DNA from: an uncultured candidate division Zixibacteria bacterium
GTDB taxonomy: Bacteria; Zixibacteria; MSB-5A5; UBA10806; 4484-95
Direction of reading: 5' to 3'
DNA: 64,000 nt
Assembly (NCBI GenBank): GCA_963668625.2
Contig: CAXXKA010000005.1
Location: 96,001-160,000 of the forward strand
The notes beneath the pieces are model-generated. The model saw only the letters and a program-made list of their open reading frames with translations, was not told where the DNA came from and made no database searches. Position numbers and translations under genes: made by a program. Numbering within the stretch: position 1 is the first letter of the stretch; each line of letters opens with the position of its first letter. Shown one piece after another: positions 62,857-64,000 of this stretch.

Positions 62857-64000
62857 GTGAAAACTTACTTACGATTGTTAAGATATTTAAAGCCTCATCT
62901 GCTATTTTTCATTCCCTCGGTTATATTCATGTTCCTTTTCTCGTTTTCCAGCGGAGCCTCTTTAACGACGGTCGTACCGGTTACCCAGTTAATATTCGAA
63001 TCCAATATCGACTATTATGAAAATATCGATGAGGACTACACTCCTACCCTGGAGGAACTTCGTAATTTCGATAAAAAAGCTGTATTGACATTGATCGGCG
63101 GCAAAACACGAATGGAATCGCTGGTAAGGATATGCATACTCATGGTATTGGTATTTTTTATCAAAAACCTGTTCTGGTATATACAGAGTTTCCTGATAGC
63201 AACGGTCGAACAGGGTGTAATACGCGATATCAGGATTGATATATATCGAAAATACCAGAATCTACCGTTATCATTTTTCCACGGTCAAAAAGTCGGCGAG
63301 CTTATATCTCGTATCGCCAATGACGCTCTCCTGGTCCGGGGCGCAATCGGGGATGGTTTATCCAAGCTGATCAAATCCTCGTTCAATTTCGTATTTTTTC
63401 TGGGACTGGCGTTACTGGCCTCGTGGAAAATGGCGCTGGCCAGCATGATCGTACTTCCTCCGGCGGTAATTATCATAGGTATTTTAAGCAAGAAACTCCG
63501 GGCCAGTTCGCGCATATCACAGGAAAAAATGGCCGGCGTTACCTCGATAATTCAGGAATCGATCTCCGGTGTCAGGGTGGTTAAAGCATTTAATATGGAA
63601 AAATTCGAACATAAGAAATTCGCCGATATCGTTCAGGATTATTTCAAGACCATGGTCAGGTTAAGCAGAATCGGATATTTAAGCATGCCCCTGACCGAAC
63701 TTCTTGGTGTAGGCGTAGGCGCATTGATTTTATATTACGGCGGCACCCAAATTATCAATGAGACCGGTTTGACAACCAGTACATTCATACTATTCCTGCT
63801 GGCGGTGTTTTCGACAATGGACCCGGTTAAAAAACTGAGCCAGGTGAATGTCGAGATTCAACAGGGAATGGCCTCCGGCAAACGCATATTCCAGATGTTG
63901 GATACTCCGCAGGAGATTGTCGATAAAGACAACGCACTGGAAATCGACGATTTCAAAGATAAAATCGTTTATGAGAATGTTGGATTCAACTACGGCGAGG
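62857..64000 (+). CDS. msbA: MsbA-like ABC exporter (3' truncated by window edge; absent from ORF track)
   Basis: GTG start MKTYLRLLRYLKPH..; LPLSFF...GELISRIAND, QESISGVRVVKAF, PVKKLSQV, IVYENVGFNY. Confidence 0.82.
   Translation, partial: MKTYLRLLRYLKPHLLFFIPSVIFMFLFSFSSGASLTTVVPVTQLIFESNIDYYENIDEDYTPTLEELRNFDKKAVLTLIGGKTRMESLVRICILMVLVFFIKNLFWYIQSFLIATVEQGVIRDIRIDIYRKYQNLPLSFFHGQKVGELISRIANDALLVRGAIGDGLSKLIKSSFNFVFFLGLALLASWKMALASMIVLPPAVIIIGILSKKLRASSRISQEKMAGVTSIIQESISGVRVVKAFNMEKFEHKKFADIVQDYFKTMVRLSRIGYLSMPLTELLGVGVGALILYYGGTQIINETGLTTSTFILFLLAVFSTMDPVKKLSQVNVEIQQGMASGKRIFQMLDTPQEIVDKDNALEIDDFKDKIVYENVGFNYGE

Overview
64-kb window of a diderm bacterial chromosome. Three secreted proteins carry [N/I]YPNPFN-type T9SS/FlgD-like C-terminal domains and one carries a dockerin-like tail, which suggests an FCB-group lineage such as candidate Zixibacteria (inference). 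Most of the window is housekeeping: proS, pccB, rluB-cmk-plsC, tatC, a hsp20-hsp20-dnaK-dnaJ-clpB chaperone cluster, dtd-maf-rodZ-smc-ftsY-rlmH, an FMN riboswitch with ribDEBAH-nusB, rpsA, msbA and tRNA-Arg(CCG). AT-rich secreted-protein islets and several families of REP-like palindromes are interspersed. The strongest unannotated signals are: (1) a candidate ~235-nt sRNA with its own sigma70 promoter and terminator and an anti-Shine-Dalgarno loop (ACCCCCUCC), directly downstream of a sigma54-type operon whose RBSs are complementary to that loop; (2) a sigma54 promoter with three 20-bp-phased upstream sites and an IHF-like site ahead of the chaperone cluster; (3) a transglutaminase-like/P-domain cassette locus with a near-identical 400-bp duplication and an in-frame chimeric gene; (4) an ECF anti-sigma factor fused to a TonB C-terminal domain; (5) several small ORFs below the ORF-track cutoff. 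No transposase, integrase, prophage or CRISPR array was seen.
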